Assembly: GCA_965219955.1 (NCBI GenBank)
Contig: OZ244799.1
Span: forward strand, 2,976,001-3,040,000
Reading direction: 5' to 3'
DNA: 64,000 nucleotides
Origin: a bacterium
GTDB lineage: Bacteria > UBA8248
Of the stretch, positions 30,586 to 40,586 are shown piece after piece (the first letter of the stretch is position 1; every line of letters starts with the position of its first letter). Under the pieces are notes generated by a model. The model was not told the DNA's origin and searched no databases. It worked only from the letters and a program-made list of their open reading frames with translations. The position numbers and the translations under genes are program-made.

Positions 30586-30720
30586 CTACGCCTTCGTTCG
30601 ATCCGTGCGCTCGATGAGCGCCTTGAGGGCCGTCATCGACTCGGCGTGGCGTCTTGCGCTTTCCCGTTCGCTCTTCTCGAAGGCCGCCATCGACTCCGCG
30701 TGGCGCGCCGCAGGCCGGCG
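30586..30720 (-). pseudogene. Fragment resembling the C-terminus of the 13390 membrane protein
   Basis: RHAESMAA...RHAESMTALKALIERT versus ALRTLIERTSK; no credible N-terminus. Confidence 0.4.
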
Positions 30721-30867
30721 CGCAGGGGCCGCATACATGCGTACGTGGACGCCCCCCGGAACGCTCCGGGCCCTGTTCCACATACGCCGGAATGACGGTA
30801 GAATCGGACGGCGAGAAAATACTGCAACCTGACCAGAAACCATCCGGACCACGAGGGGAATCGCAGT

Positions 30868-31743
30868 ATGACGCTACACACCAGAGCGCATCGAGCGGCG
30901 CTTGCGGTCGCGCTCGCCGGTTGGCTGATTCCGGTGTTCGCCGTCGCAGCTCCCGTATCGTGCGCGCATTGGAACACGCTCGCCTTTTTCATTCGCGCCG
31001 ACGCGGCTGACGCCGCCCGCTGCCTCGAGACGAAAGACGCGAACGCGCGCGACGCGGCCGGCCTCACCCCCATGCACCGCGCGGCGGGGTTCGGAAGGAC
31101 GCCCGCCCTGGTGAGAACCCTGGCGAAGGCGGGCGCTCGGCCGAGCGCGCGCGACGCGAACGGCATGACGCCGCTCCATCTGGCGGTGAACTTCAACAGG
31201 AATCCCGCCGTCGTGACCGCGCTCATCGCCGCCGGGGCCGAAACCGAGGCGAGGGAACGGCGCGGGTGGACGCCGCTCCATCTGGCGGCGTCCTTCGGCA
31301 AGACGCCCGGCGTGGTGCGCGCGCTCGCGGAGGGGGGCGCGAAGACGGGCGCGAAGACGGGCAGCGGACGCACGGCGCTCCATCTGGCCGCACAGGGAGG
31401 CTCGTCCGCCACCGTGGCCGCGCTCGTGAAAGCGGGAGCGGGGGTGAACGCGCGCGACAACTACGGACGCACGCCGCTTCATCTGGCCGCACAGGGGAAT
31501 TCGCCCGCCGTCGTGCGCGCCCTCGCGGAGGGGACGGCGGAGGTGAACGCGCGCGACAAGCGCGGCTCCTGGACGCCGCTCCACCTCGCGGCGTGGTTCG
31601 GCAAGAGCCCCGCCGTCGTGAGCGCCCTCATCCGGGCGGGAGCCGATATGCGCGCAAAGGACAAATCCAACAGGACGCCGCTCGATTACGCGAGGCGCAA
31701 CAAGGCGCTCGAGGGGAGCCTCTCCCTTTTCAAGGAGGAATGA
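30868..31743 (+). CDS. Ankyrin repeat protein with signal peptide
   Basis: Hydrophobic N-terminus, CAHWNT..FF cap, about 7 TPLHLAA repeats. Confidence 0.92.
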   Translation: MTLHTRAHRAALAVALAGWLIPVFAVAAPVSCAHWNTLAFFIRADAADAARCLETKDANARDAAGLTPMHRAAGFGRTPALVRTLAKAGARPSARDANGMTPLHLAVNFNRNPAVVTALIAAGAETEARERRGWTPLHLAASFGKTPGVVRALAEGGAKTGAKTGSGRTALHLAAQGGSSATVAALVKAGAGVNARDNYGRTPLHLAAQGNSPAVVRALAEGTAEVNARDKRGSWTPLHLAAWFGKSPAVVSALIRAGADMRAKDKSNRTPLDYARRNKALEGSLSLFKEE

Positions 31744-31818
31744 ACTCCCCCGCTCCCGGCGCTGGCCGGCGGCGCGCAGGCAATCCTCTCTCATCCCGAA
31801 CGGCAACCGCTCCCTTAC

Positions 31819-32400
31819 CGGGGTTGTTGAATAAGTCCCGAATTCGAGATTCGGCGCATAGAGCTGGCCGGAGAGGAAGGTCTGACGCGATGGGATTGTA
31901 GGGGCGCTTCGTGAAGCGCCCGTACGCTTTGAGTGTCGTTCAATCCTGCAGGGACAGGTCGCGACCTGTCCCTACCAAGGCCTCGCGGTTTTGTTCGTCA
32001 TTCAGGCGGACGTTGCCCTTGAGCAGCATCGCCAACCAACGAGAGAGAAGAAAACCACTCCCCCCTTGAGGGGGCCGTTGAAAAGGCCCGTCTGCGACTC
32101 CCCGCAAACCGCCAACACCTCTTTCCTCACCCTGAGTAGCCGCCGAAGAGCCTGTCCTGAGCTTGTCGAAGGGCGGCGTATCGAAGGGCGCGGAGAGTCG
32201 AACGCCTCGCGCCGGGTGAGGGCAAACACTCATTCATCAATCGCGTTTGACCTTCGATACGGCGCTTTCGCGCCTACTCAGGATGAGGAGTGTCGGGGAA
32301 CGGCGGAGCCTGTCCCGAGCGAAGTCGAGGGGCCGCTACTCAGGATGAGGCGGAAGGGGGTTTTTCAACAGCCCCGACAAGGGGGGTAGGGGGGGTTGCT
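31819..32400. mobile_element. Nested MITE/REP mosaic
   Basis: GGGGTTGTTGAATAAG at about 31819, GGGGCCGTTGAAAAG at about 32071, TTTTTCAACAGCCCC at about 32375. Confidence 0.6.
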
Positions 32401-32595
32401 TTTATGGGGTCTCGCTTTCAAGGGGGTTGCCATTACCCTCTCACGGGGTTTTTCGATAAATCGACGACAAATTCTGGCAGGAAAATGCGGGGAATTGCGG
32501 GGGCGAAATGCGCGCGAACCCCTTGCGGGCGCACGGAGAAACACCCGCCGGCCCAGCCGGACAGAACTTGCAAATACCTGGGAATAAAGGAGTTG

Positions 32596-32856
32596 CTAGA
32601 GGGCGCGCTCGCGCTTTTTGATGTCGGCCATCACCCTGGAGATGCCGCGCTTGGCGATGATCTTGAGGCCCTTCGCCGATACGCGCAGCTTCACCCAGCG
32701 CTTCTCCTCAGGCAGGTAGAAGCGCTTGAAGTGCAAGTTCGCCTCGAAGCGCCGCCTCGTCTTCTTGTGCGAATGCGAGACGTTGTTGCCGTACATCACG
32801 CTCTTGCCGGTGACGGCGCACCGCTTGCGCGCCACGGTGTTCTTGTGGGTTTTCAT
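32596..32856 (-). CDS. rpmB: 50S ribosomal protein L28
   Basis: CAVTGK....GNNVSHS..KTRRRF.ANL...F.......V.LRVSAKGLK. Confidence 0.96.
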   Translation of the reverse strand: MKTHKNTVARKRCAVTGKSVMYGNNVSHSHKKTRRRFEANLHFKRFYLPEEKRWVKLRVSAKGLKIIAKRGISRVMADIKKRERAL

Positions 32857-33006
32857 CTATTTGGTCTCCCGAAACGGCTGGTGGCTTCGGCAGAATTTAC
32901 AGTACTTCTTGAATTCGAGCCGATCCGGCGTATTGCGCTTGTTCTTGGTGCTGGTGTAGCGCATCTTCTTGCAAGTCGTGCATTCGAGTTGAATGTTCTC
33001 GCGCAT
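32857..33006 (-). CDS. rpmG: 50S ribosomal protein L33 (Cys-containing form)
   Basis: Manual translation [49 protein letters not shown]; 49 aa, below the ORF-track cutoff. Confidence 0.95.
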   Translation of the reverse strand: MRENIQLECTTCKKMRYTSTKNKRNTPDRLEFKKYCKFCRSHQPFRETK

Positions 33007-33240
33007 CTCGAAACCTCATGTAAAATCGACGCCTCAGCAGGCGCCCAGCCACCTGTGGCCGGAAATGAAGCGAAACCATAGCCAAGCCCGGGAAAAAAGG
33101 CAAGCGCCGCGAGAGGTATTTTGTTCGTCTCTTATGCGCTAGAATCGCGTGTTCAAAATCACCGGGAAGCGGATGAAGCGCAATGTGTTTTTCGAGGCCC
33201 GCGCGCATCCGAATACTCCAACGTCGAAGGAGAGAGCACA

Positions 33241-34122
33241 GTGCCTAAAATCGTCGCATACCTGGGGCTCGGCACCATGGGCGGAGCCATGACCAACAAT
33301 CTTCTCAAAGCCGGATTCGTGGTTCACGGATACGACCCGTCGCCGGAGGCCCGCGCCCGGGCGGAGGAGGCGGGAGCGAAAACCTTCGACTCCCCGGCGG
33401 AAGCCGCCTCGGAGGCGGAGGTCATCTGCTCATCCGTGCCCGAAACCAGGGACGTCCACGAGACCTATCTCGGCGAAAAAGGCGCGCTCCTGACCTCGAA
33501 GGAGGGCGTCGTCTGTTTTGATTTCTCCACCATCGCCCCCAGCGGCAGCCAGGACATTGCGCAGCAAGCAGCGGAGAAGGGCGCGATTTTCCTCGATACG
33601 CCCGTGAGCGGCAGCGAGCCCAGCGCCATCAGTGCGGAACTCAACGTGATGGTGGGCGGCGACGAAGCGGCGATGAACGCACACCGCGACGTTCTCGAGG
33701 CGGTGTCGGAGTCCATCAACCATTTCGGGCCGAACGGCGCGGGCCTGCACATGAAGCTCGTGGCCAACCAGATCGTCTCGGTGTTCCTCTCGGTCGTGTC
33801 CGAGGGACTCACCCTGGGCGAACGCTCGGGCCTCGACCCCGTCGAGATGATGGATTATCTGAAAAACGCCTCGATTCCGAAGATTCTGGCCATCAAGGGC
33901 TCGCCCCTGGCGAGCCGGGACTACACGCCGTATTTCAGAATCGACCTGATGCGCAAGGACCTGCGCCTCATCTCCGAGATGGCCGAGGCCGCGACAACGC
34001 CGACGCCCTTCGCAGCACTGGCGAGGCAGGTCTTCATCGCCACCTCCGCCATGGGCTTCGGCGATGTGGACCAAAACGCCGTGCGCGAGTTCTTCGATAA
34101 AACCGCCGGTCTCAGCACCTGA
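33241..34122 (+). CDS. 3-hydroxyisobutyrate dehydrogenase family NAD(P)-dependent oxidoreductase
   Basis: YLGLGTMG, DTPVSG, MKLVANQ, KDL; GTG start after GGAGAG. Confidence 0.9.
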   Translation: MPKIVAYLGLGTMGGAMTNNLLKAGFVVHGYDPSPEARARAEEAGAKTFDSPAEAASEAEVICSSVPETRDVHETYLGEKGALLTSKEGVVCFDFSTIAPSGSQDIAQQAAEKGAIFLDTPVSGSEPSAISAELNVMVGGDEAAMNAHRDVLEAVSESINHFGPNGAGLHMKLVANQIVSVFLSVVSEGLTLGERSGLDPVEMMDYLKNASIPKILAIKGSPLASRDYTPYFRIDLMRKDLRLISEMAEAATTPTPFAALARQVFIATSAMGFGDVDQNAVREFFDKTAGLST

Positions 34123-34186
34123 TACAACGCGCCTGAAAGGGTTGTTGAAAAAACCCTGAAGAAAAATGAATCACTCCCCCCTTGAG

Positions 34187-35702
34187 GGGGCTGTTGAAAA
34201 ACCCCGTTTTGAAGCGGGCGGTATGGCGTCTCACGCGGCTTGGGAGATCAAGCCCAATCGGCGCGTGAGGCCGCGGGGAACGCGCATTCGGCGACTCGAG
34301 GCGGCGCAGGCCCGCCACAGGGCGAATATTCGCGCAGCAACAGCGGCGGCGAGCCGCTTGAGGTTCACCGCAGTCGCCGTCAGGTAGGCCTGGATCTTCA
34401 TGTTCTCCATACCCCGGCGCACCGCCCGCGCCAGTCCGTGCCAACTCTTCGCCTCCCCGTGGTAGCCCTCCGAGCGCCCCATGTGGCGGCGCCACAGCCG
34501 ACCCTCCTCCTCCCCCCGGCGCGCGTGGCGACGGCGCCCGCGCAACAGCGCCGGATACTCGTGCGGAATCAGCACCGTCCTGCTCGTGCGGGACTTCGAC
34601 AGACAATCGGCCCTAAGCGCGCAGCCCGCGCAATCGCGCGTCCTCGAACCATAGTAGCGCCCCCGCTCCGTCTCCTTCCGGGGACGCAGCGTCTTGCCCC
34701 CCGGACACTTCACCACCTTGTGACGCTCGTCGTAGCGGAACAACTGCAGCGGCACCCGGCTCTGGGAAGGCTCCTTCTTCGCCGGTATCACCGCGGCGAC
34801 CCCCCGACGCTCCAATGCGCCGTACACCTTCGAGTACGCATAGCCACTATCCGCCGTCACCACCGCGGGCGCGCGCCCCGTCAGTTCGCGAACCGCATCC
34901 AACTGCGGCTCCATCATCTCCCGCTCGTTCAAAGTCCCCGCCGTCACCTCTACGTCGAGAACCACCCCCCGCTCATCGTCCACCACCGCGTGGTGCTTGT
35001 AGCTCGGCTCGAAACCCGCCCGAGCGCTCTTGCGCGCAAGACGCGCGTCGGGGTCCGTTCGGCTCACAGGCCCCGAACCCCCGCCGCCGCCCTTCTTCCC
35101 CGTCTCATCCTCCGAATCGTTCTCCCGCACCACCTTCTCCGCGTGGCGCTCCGCCAGACTCTCCCAGCTCACGTCCGCCCGGATCAACGAAGCGTCCATG
35201 TGAACCACCTCTCCCGTCGCCACCTTCGCCTCCACGCAAGCCTGAACCGTGCGGCGCAATATCTCCTTGAACCGCTCCTCCCCCCAGCGCTGACGGATAC
35301 GCGTCAGGCTCGAATGGTCCGGCAACTCCTCGTCCAGCCTGTACCCGATGAACCACCGGATCGCCAGGTGCGCCTGCGCCTCGCGCAACAGACGCCGGTC
35401 GTGGGCGTAGCCCAGCAGCAGGCCCGCCAGCATCAACCGAACCACCACCTCGGGGTCCAGGCCCGGACGGCCATTGTCCGCGCAATAGCACGCCGCCACC
35501 TCCTCGCGAAGCCAGCTCAAATCCAGGACGCGGTCCACCTGCCGCAATATGTGATCTTCAGGAATCAACTTTTCCAGCGGGCCGGCCACGAACAAGTCCA
35601 TCTGCTCGCGCCTCTTGCGGTCCAGCATCGAGGGAACTCCCATCTCGGGCGAGTCGGGACAACTCCATACGATCACAAAACCAGGGCTTTTTCAACAGGC
35701 CC
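34187..35702 (-). mobile_element. IS1182-family insertion sequence
   Basis: Inverted repeats GGGGCTGTTGAAAAA / GGGCCTGTTGAAAAA; 5-bp target duplication TTGAG at 34182-34186 and 35703-35707. Confidence 0.88.
34231..35628 (-). CDS. IS1182-family DDE transposase
   Basis: LIPEDHILRQVD, GRPGLDP, LPDHSSLTRIR, MDAS, TDPDA, ADSGY, C..C.LR..C, E..HGEAK. Confidence 0.92.
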   Translation of the reverse strand: MLDRKRREQMDLFVAGPLEKLIPEDHILRQVDRVLDLSWLREEVAACYCADNGRPGLDPEVVVRLMLAGLLLGYAHDRRLLREAQAHLAIRWFIGYRLDEELPDHSSLTRIRQRWGEERFKEILRRTVQACVEAKVATGEVVHMDASLIRADVSWESLAERHAEKVVRENDSEDETGKKGGGGGSGPVSRTDPDARLARKSARAGFEPSYKHHAVVDDERGVVLDVEVTAGTLNEREMMEPQLDAVRELTGRAPAVVTADSGYAYSKVYGALERRGVAAVIPAKKEPSQSRVPLQLFRYDERHKVVKCPGGKTLRPRKETERGRYYGSRTRDCAGCALRADCLSKSRTSRTVLIPHEYPALLRGRRRHARRGEEEGRLWRRHMGRSEGYHGEAKSWHGLARAVRRGMENMKIQAYLTATAVNLKRLAAAVAARIFALWRACAASSRRMRVPRGLTRRLGLISQAA

Positions 35703-35818
35703 TTGAGGGGGTTGTAGATAAACCCCTCGTCGGGGGACATTGCCTTTAGCGGGAAGGCCGATTTCGCGTGAAGCCGCGACCTACCCCTACAAAACCAACC
35801 CCCCCTACTCCCCCTTGT

Positions 35819-36129
35819 CGGGGCTGTTGAAAAAGTCCCTCGATGCGGGAACACCACCGTCATTCCGGCCTTGAGCCGGAATCCATTTTTATGATTTTTG
35901 CTTTCGTTTTCGCATTTGATTCCGATTCGCGGGAGAGAGCGTTGCGCCCGAATGCGGAACGGACGAGGCGGACATATACGGCGGCGTCCGTATTTTCCCC
36001 GGCCGGAAGTGAGGATGTCCGGGGGAAAGGCCAAAGACAAAGGCGAAAATGGATTCCGGCTCAAGGCCGGAATGACGAGCAAAGGCGAAGGTCAATCCCG
36101 AGCGAAGCAAGGCTTTTTCAACAACCCCC
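35819..36129. mobile_element. MITE-like element containing a GTCATTCCGGC...GCCGGAATGAC palindrome pair
   Basis: GGGGCTGTTGAAAAAG ... TTTTTCAACAACCCC; internal inverted pair at about 35859-35886 and 36050-36076. Confidence 0.7.
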
Positions 36130-36136
36130 TGAAGCC

Positions 36137-37126
36137 TCAAGTCGCTCTCTTGAAAAACCCCTCGACGGGCAGTGGCGCGCCCACGCCCTGCGCCTTGGCG
36201 CGCCGGTAGAGTTCCGCGCCCAGGGCCACGTCCTCTATCGCGACGCCCTGGCTCAGGAACAGGTTGATCTCCTCATCGGACGCGCGTCCCGGCATAACGC
36301 CCGTCGCGATCAACCCGACCTCGGAGACCTGGCCCCACTGGATGACGTTCGCCCGTGTGGCGCCGACCAGATCGCCGCTCTCGAATTCGGCGCCTTCCAG
36401 GTTATCCGTTACGATTCTCCCCGCCGCCGCCCGGCGGAAAGTCTCGTCGTCCACCTCGCGGTTCGTGATGCGGTTCGAACCCGCGGCGATGACGGTCGTG
36501 CCCGGCTCCAGGTCGTTACCGTCAAAAACCGGTTCGCGCGCCGTGGTGATGGTGCACACGATCTGCGAACCCTTCACCGCCTCGGTCGCCGATTCCACCG
36601 GCACGAGTTCCGGGTTCACCCTGTCCTGCATCGCGCTGACGAATTTTTCTCTTTTCTCGGGGCGGCGGCTGTGGACCTTCACGGTTTTGAGGTCACGCGC
36701 GCAGCACAGCGCTTCGAGTTGGGACCTCGCCTGCCAGCCCGTGCCGATCAGCCCGGCCACCGAAGCGTCCTCTCTCGCCATGTATTTCGCGGCGACGCCG
36801 CTCGCCGCCCCGGTGCGCATCTGGCCCTGCACGTTGGCCTCCATGAGCGAGAGCATCTCGGAGGTGTTCGCGTCCCACAGCAGGAAGATGAAACGCACGC
36901 CGATGCCCGGAAACGTGGTGTATGCCTTGAGGCCCAGATAGCCCTCGTTTTCATCCACCATGCCGCCGAACATGACGTGCATCGTGCCCTTGGGGAGAAA
37001 AACCCGACGCCTCGGCTGATTCGGCGCGCGCCCCTCCCCCTGGGCCCTGAAGCATTTCTCCACCACGTCCATGACATCGGACATGTTCACCAGACTCTTG
37101 ACGTCGGACTCACTCAAATAAAGCAA
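36137..37126 (-). CDS. Ornithine cyclodeaminase / mu-crystallin family protein
   Basis: MRTGAASGVAAKYMAR, IGTGWQA, SQGVAIEDVA. Confidence 0.92.
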   Translation of the reverse strand: MLYLSESDVKSLVNMSDVMDVVEKCFRAQGEGRAPNQPRRRVFLPKGTMHVMFGGMVDENEGYLGLKAYTTFPGIGVRFIFLLWDANTSEMLSLMEANVQGQMRTGAASGVAAKYMAREDASVAGLIGTGWQARSQLEALCCARDLKTVKVHSRRPEKREKFVSAMQDRVNPELVPVESATEAVKGSQIVCTITTAREPVFDGNDLEPGTTVIAAGSNRITNREVDDETFRRAAAGRIVTDNLEGAEFESGDLVGATRANVIQWGQVSEVGLIATGVMPGRASDEEINLFLSQGVAIEDVALGAELYRRAKAQGVGAPLPVEGFFKRAT

Positions 37127-37173
37127 CGATCCTCTCTCCTCTTTGATTCAGGATTTCCAGAAACCAGGACATT

Positions 37174-38421
37174 TCAAGTCAAAGCAACGCTCGAAAAAGT
37201 GACCGTACCGTTCGGGTCCGGCCATTGCGAATAGCGGAGCACTTCTCCCTCGCAGTCATCCAGAACACGCAGCATGGTGTAGACGGGCGCCAGGCCGCAC
37301 ACGTTTCTGGCATCCCCATCCTCCGCCACGCTCCAGTAGAACGCCTCCGCATCCCCGCGGCACACCGCCTCCAGGGATTTCCCGTCCGCACTCGCGAGTT
37401 CTTCCAACCGCACGTCATCCACGGGATTTTCATCGCCGAACTGGGGACCGACGTGGGCGAAATCCACGCTCGCAATCAGGCAGACCTTTCCCCCGTTCCG
37501 CCGGTGCGCATCTATCGTCTCTCGCAGCCCGGCGATGAAAGCCTCCACCTGCGCATCTCCACGGGGAGATTCCCCCCGGGCAACGAAGGGGTGGAACGAG
37601 CCCACCAGGACGGGGACGAACCGGACCGGCCGAACGCCCGCAAAGAGATACTGGAGAAAAACCGCCTGAAACTCGATGGAGTGCTCGCCGCGATGCGCGA
37701 ATTCATCCTCAAAGGAATTCACCTCCAGCCTGTGCGACAACTCCTCCACGAATCCTGTATCCGCCTCCAAAACCCCGAGCGGCGTCTCGAAAGATTTGTC
37801 CGTGAGAGTATAGATGTACTTCGTCGGGGCATGGACCGTTCCCATGACGACGAACAGATCGGCGTCGGCACGCTCTGCGATGGACTTGTACGCCCATGCG
37901 AAGGTGGCGCCTCCGCGATGAAAATCGATGTGCGGCGCAACCACGCCCTGAAGCGGCCTGGCCGGAGCGGCGGAATTCTTCGCGGGCATCCCCGGGCCGT
38001 CAGCCCCGGTGAAAAAATCATCGATGTGGGAGCGCAGGCGCGCCGGGTCCGCATCGTAGCTTTTGCCCGCCAGAAAATTCGGCCGCACCGGATCGCTCAA
38101 GTAGGCGTCCCTGAGCGATGCGCTCCAGGAGGCGAAGCCGTCTCCTTCGAGGAAATGCGCCTCCTCGAGACTCGATACCATCGCCCGGTAGCTTTCTTCC
38201 GTGACATCCATCCCGTGGCGGGATTTGCACTGCGCCTTGATGTCTTCAAACGTGTGGCGCCCGTCGAGCAGGCTCAGCACGGGAACCAGCGCCATGGGAG
38301 CGAACAAAACCGCCTCGCTGAGACGAAGCGGATCGCTAAGCCTCAGCATCTTCCGGCCCTGATGCTCCGCAGGAATGGCCTCGACGGGCCTCAGCTTCAA
38401 TCGTTTCGACGTCATATCCAA
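37174..38421 (-). CDS. MEMO1 family protein (AmmeMemoRadiSam protein B) with N-terminal extension
   Basis: AGKSY, VVAPHID, FETPLG, EHSIEFQ, ASVDFAHVG, NVCG. Confidence 0.88.
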   Translation of the reverse strand: MDMTSKRLKLRPVEAIPAEHQGRKMLRLSDPLRLSEAVLFAPMALVPVLSLLDGRHTFEDIKAQCKSRHGMDVTEESYRAMVSSLEEAHFLEGDGFASWSASLRDAYLSDPVRPNFLAGKSYDADPARLRSHIDDFFTGADGPGMPAKNSAAPARPLQGVVAPHIDFHRGGATFAWAYKSIAERADADLFVVMGTVHAPTKYIYTLTDKSFETPLGVLEADTGFVEELSHRLEVNSFEDEFAHRGEHSIEFQAVFLQYLFAGVRPVRFVPVLVGSFHPFVARGESPRGDAQVEAFIAGLRETIDAHRRNGGKVCLIASVDFAHVGPQFGDENPVDDVRLEELASADGKSLEAVCRGDAEAFYWSVAEDGDARNVCGLAPVYTMLRVLDDCEGEVLRYSQWPDPNGTVTFSSVALT

Positions 38422-38427
38422 AACGCT

Positions 38428-39636
38428 CTATCCCCCGCCTTGATCGGCGCGTCGCCCGAAAAACGGAGCGCAAGAAATCCCGATGATCGACACGACCACC
38501 AGCGTATAGAATCCCGGACCGAACGACCCGGCCCAGTCCCGTATCGCGCCAATTGCCCAGGGCCCGGCGAAGCCTCCCAGATAGCCTACGCCGATGATCA
38601 GCCCGCCCGCCCGGCCCACCTGGCTTTTCTCCACGTATTGCGCGGGATAGGCCAGGCAGAACAAAAACCAGCAATTCGTGGTCAGGCCCAGAACGGCTGT
38701 CCCCATCGCCGCGACCCAAGCGCCTCCCGCCGGCATCACGGCGAGCGCCGCTGCCGTGAACAACCCGCATAAAACCATCATCACTCGCTCGCCGCCTGCG
38801 GCCAGCGCCATTTTGTGCGCTGTCAGGGAAGCAAAAATCCCGAGCAAAGGCAAACTCGAAACGATGAGCGCGGCGCTCGCCTGCGTCCAGCCTTTCGTCA
38901 TCAAAATCGTGGCCAGCCAGCCCAGACTCGTATAAAATACGATGTTGTTGAAGAACAAGGAGGCGGCGACCCCCCATACGCCGGCCAGCCGGTACACCGC
39001 CCCGCTTTCGGCCGGGGCGGACTCTGATTCCAGGTCTACCGCAATCGATGCGGAATTTTTTCGCCAGACGATGAACGCCAGGACCAGAACAAGCGCCCAG
39101 CCCAGATAGCCGCCGCGCCAGACGCCCCCTCCCCACCCGGCGGGCAAAACCGCCGCCGCAGGCGCCATATAGTGCGAAGCCGCGACGCCCAAACCCGCGC
39201 CCGCGATGATGGAAGCCGTGTAAACGGCGGAGCCGAACGCGTTGCGCTCAGGGGGAACTATCGTCCCCACCACCTTCGGCATGACGGGAAACACCAGGCC
39301 CGTGCCCGCGCCCACGAGCGCGATTCCCGCAGCGAGCGACCAGAAATCGCCGCTCGAGAGGCGGACGGCGCCTCCCAGCAAGATGAGGAAAACGCCGCAA
39401 AGGACCATCTTCTTCACGCCCAGCCTGTCGACCAGCCGGCCCCCTGCGATCGCGAAAAACGCTATCAGCGGAAACGGCGCGGACAGCAGGAAACCGCCCG
39501 CGCCGAAGGACAATTCCAGATCATCGCGGATGAAGCCGATGAGTCCGCTCGTCGACACCAGCGAGCCGAAAACGGCGAAGATGATGAAACAGCCCGCCCC
39601 CAATACGGAGCGCCAACCCGGGTTTTCTCCGGTCAT
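38428..39636 (-). CDS. MFS transporter (CynX/YeaN-like)
   Basis: About 12 hydrophobic segments, motif A GRLVDRLG, GYLGGFAGP..IG.IRD. Confidence 0.88.
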   Translation of the reverse strand: MTGENPGWRSVLGAGCFIIFAVFGSLVSTSGLIGFIRDDLELSFGAGGFLLSAPFPLIAFFAIAGGRLVDRLGVKKMVLCGVFLILLGGAVRLSSGDFWSLAAGIALVGAGTGLVFPVMPKVVGTIVPPERNAFGSAVYTASIIAGAGLGVAASHYMAPAAAVLPAGWGGGVWRGGYLGWALVLVLAFIVWRKNSASIAVDLESESAPAESGAVYRLAGVWGVAASLFFNNIVFYTSLGWLATILMTKGWTQASAALIVSSLPLLGIFASLTAHKMALAAGGERVMMVLCGLFTAAALAVMPAGGAWVAAMGTAVLGLTTNCWFLFCLAYPAQYVEKSQVGRAGGLIIGVGYLGGFAGPWAIGAIRDWAGSFGPGFYTLVVVSIIGISCAPFFGRRADQGGG

Positions 39637-40586
39637 TCCCCCAGCCCCAGCAAGCGCGCCGCGTTCCCCCCCAGCCACTTGTCCATGACGGCCGGCTTCA
39701 GGGGAAGACTCCGCGCTTCTTCGAGAATTTCGCGCAAGGATATCGGCAGAAGCGGCCAGTCGGTTCCGAACAGAATTTTATCCTGTATCGTGGAATTGCC
39801 GAAATGAAGGAGCATCTCCCAGCCCGAATGCGGCGTCGTGAAATACTTCCACCGGTGGCCCGAGGGGTCGATGTAGAGATTCGGGTGCCGCCAGGCGGCG
39901 GCGACCATCTCCGGCACCCAGGGCCAGCCGCCGTGGCCCGCGATGACCTTGAGGTCCGGCATCTCGCCGCACAGGCGATCGAGAGCCAGGGGCCTGCCGA
40001 GCTCCATGGGGTGAGCGGGCGCCCAGTTCACCGAGGTGTGGATCCATGCGGGAACGTCCAGCTCGACGCACTTTCGGTAGACGGGGCGGTACTCCGGCGC
40101 GTCGGCGGGCAGGCGGTGAAGGAAAGGAACGAGAAACGCCCCGTGCAGGCCGAGTTCGCGCACGCCTTTTTCCAGCGCGGCCGCCGCATCGTCCTTGTTG
40201 GGGTCGACGCCCTGAAACGCCAGAATCCGCTCCGGATACGCATCCACCGCATGGGCGAGAACACTCGGGTCGAGGGGCGTGACGCCGGTGGTGCTCTCCT
40301 GGTCGATGCTGAAGACGACCGCCTTGTCATAGCCTGCTGAATCCAGAAGGGCGATGAACTCATCAACGGGCCGCCCGAGCCTCGCCGATACCTCGTCGAT
40401 GAAGCCGTGGATTTCCGCTCGCGTCGTCCCCACCGCCCGGCGGCGAAACTCCGCTTCGGTCACGCCGCAAAAAGCGCTCAAGCCCTTGGCGAACATCTTC
40501 AGATAGCCGGGGATCGAGGCCCAGCCCGAAAGGCGGGCGCGGTAGCACTCCGCGACGGGCAGGAAGCTGCAGATATCGACGATCAA
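39633..40586 (-). CDS. Amidohydrolase family protein (Amidohydro_2)
   Basis: PAWIHT, IAGHGGWPW, PNLYID, KILFGTDWP. Confidence 0.9.
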   Translation of the reverse strand: MIVDICSFLPVAECYRARLSGWASIPGYLKMFAKGLSAFCGVTEAEFRRRAVGTTRAEIHGFIDEVSARLGRPVDEFIALLDSAGYDKAVVFSIDQESTTGVTPLDPSVLAHAVDAYPERILAFQGVDPNKDDAAAALEKGVRELGLHGAFLVPFLHRLPADAPEYRPVYRKCVELDVPAWIHTSVNWAPAHPMELGRPLALDRLCGEMPDLKVIAGHGGWPWVPEMVAAAWRHPNLYIDPSGHRWKYFTTPHSGWEMLLHFGNSTIQDKILFGTDWPLLPISLREILEEARSLPLKPAVMDKWLGGNAARLLGLGE

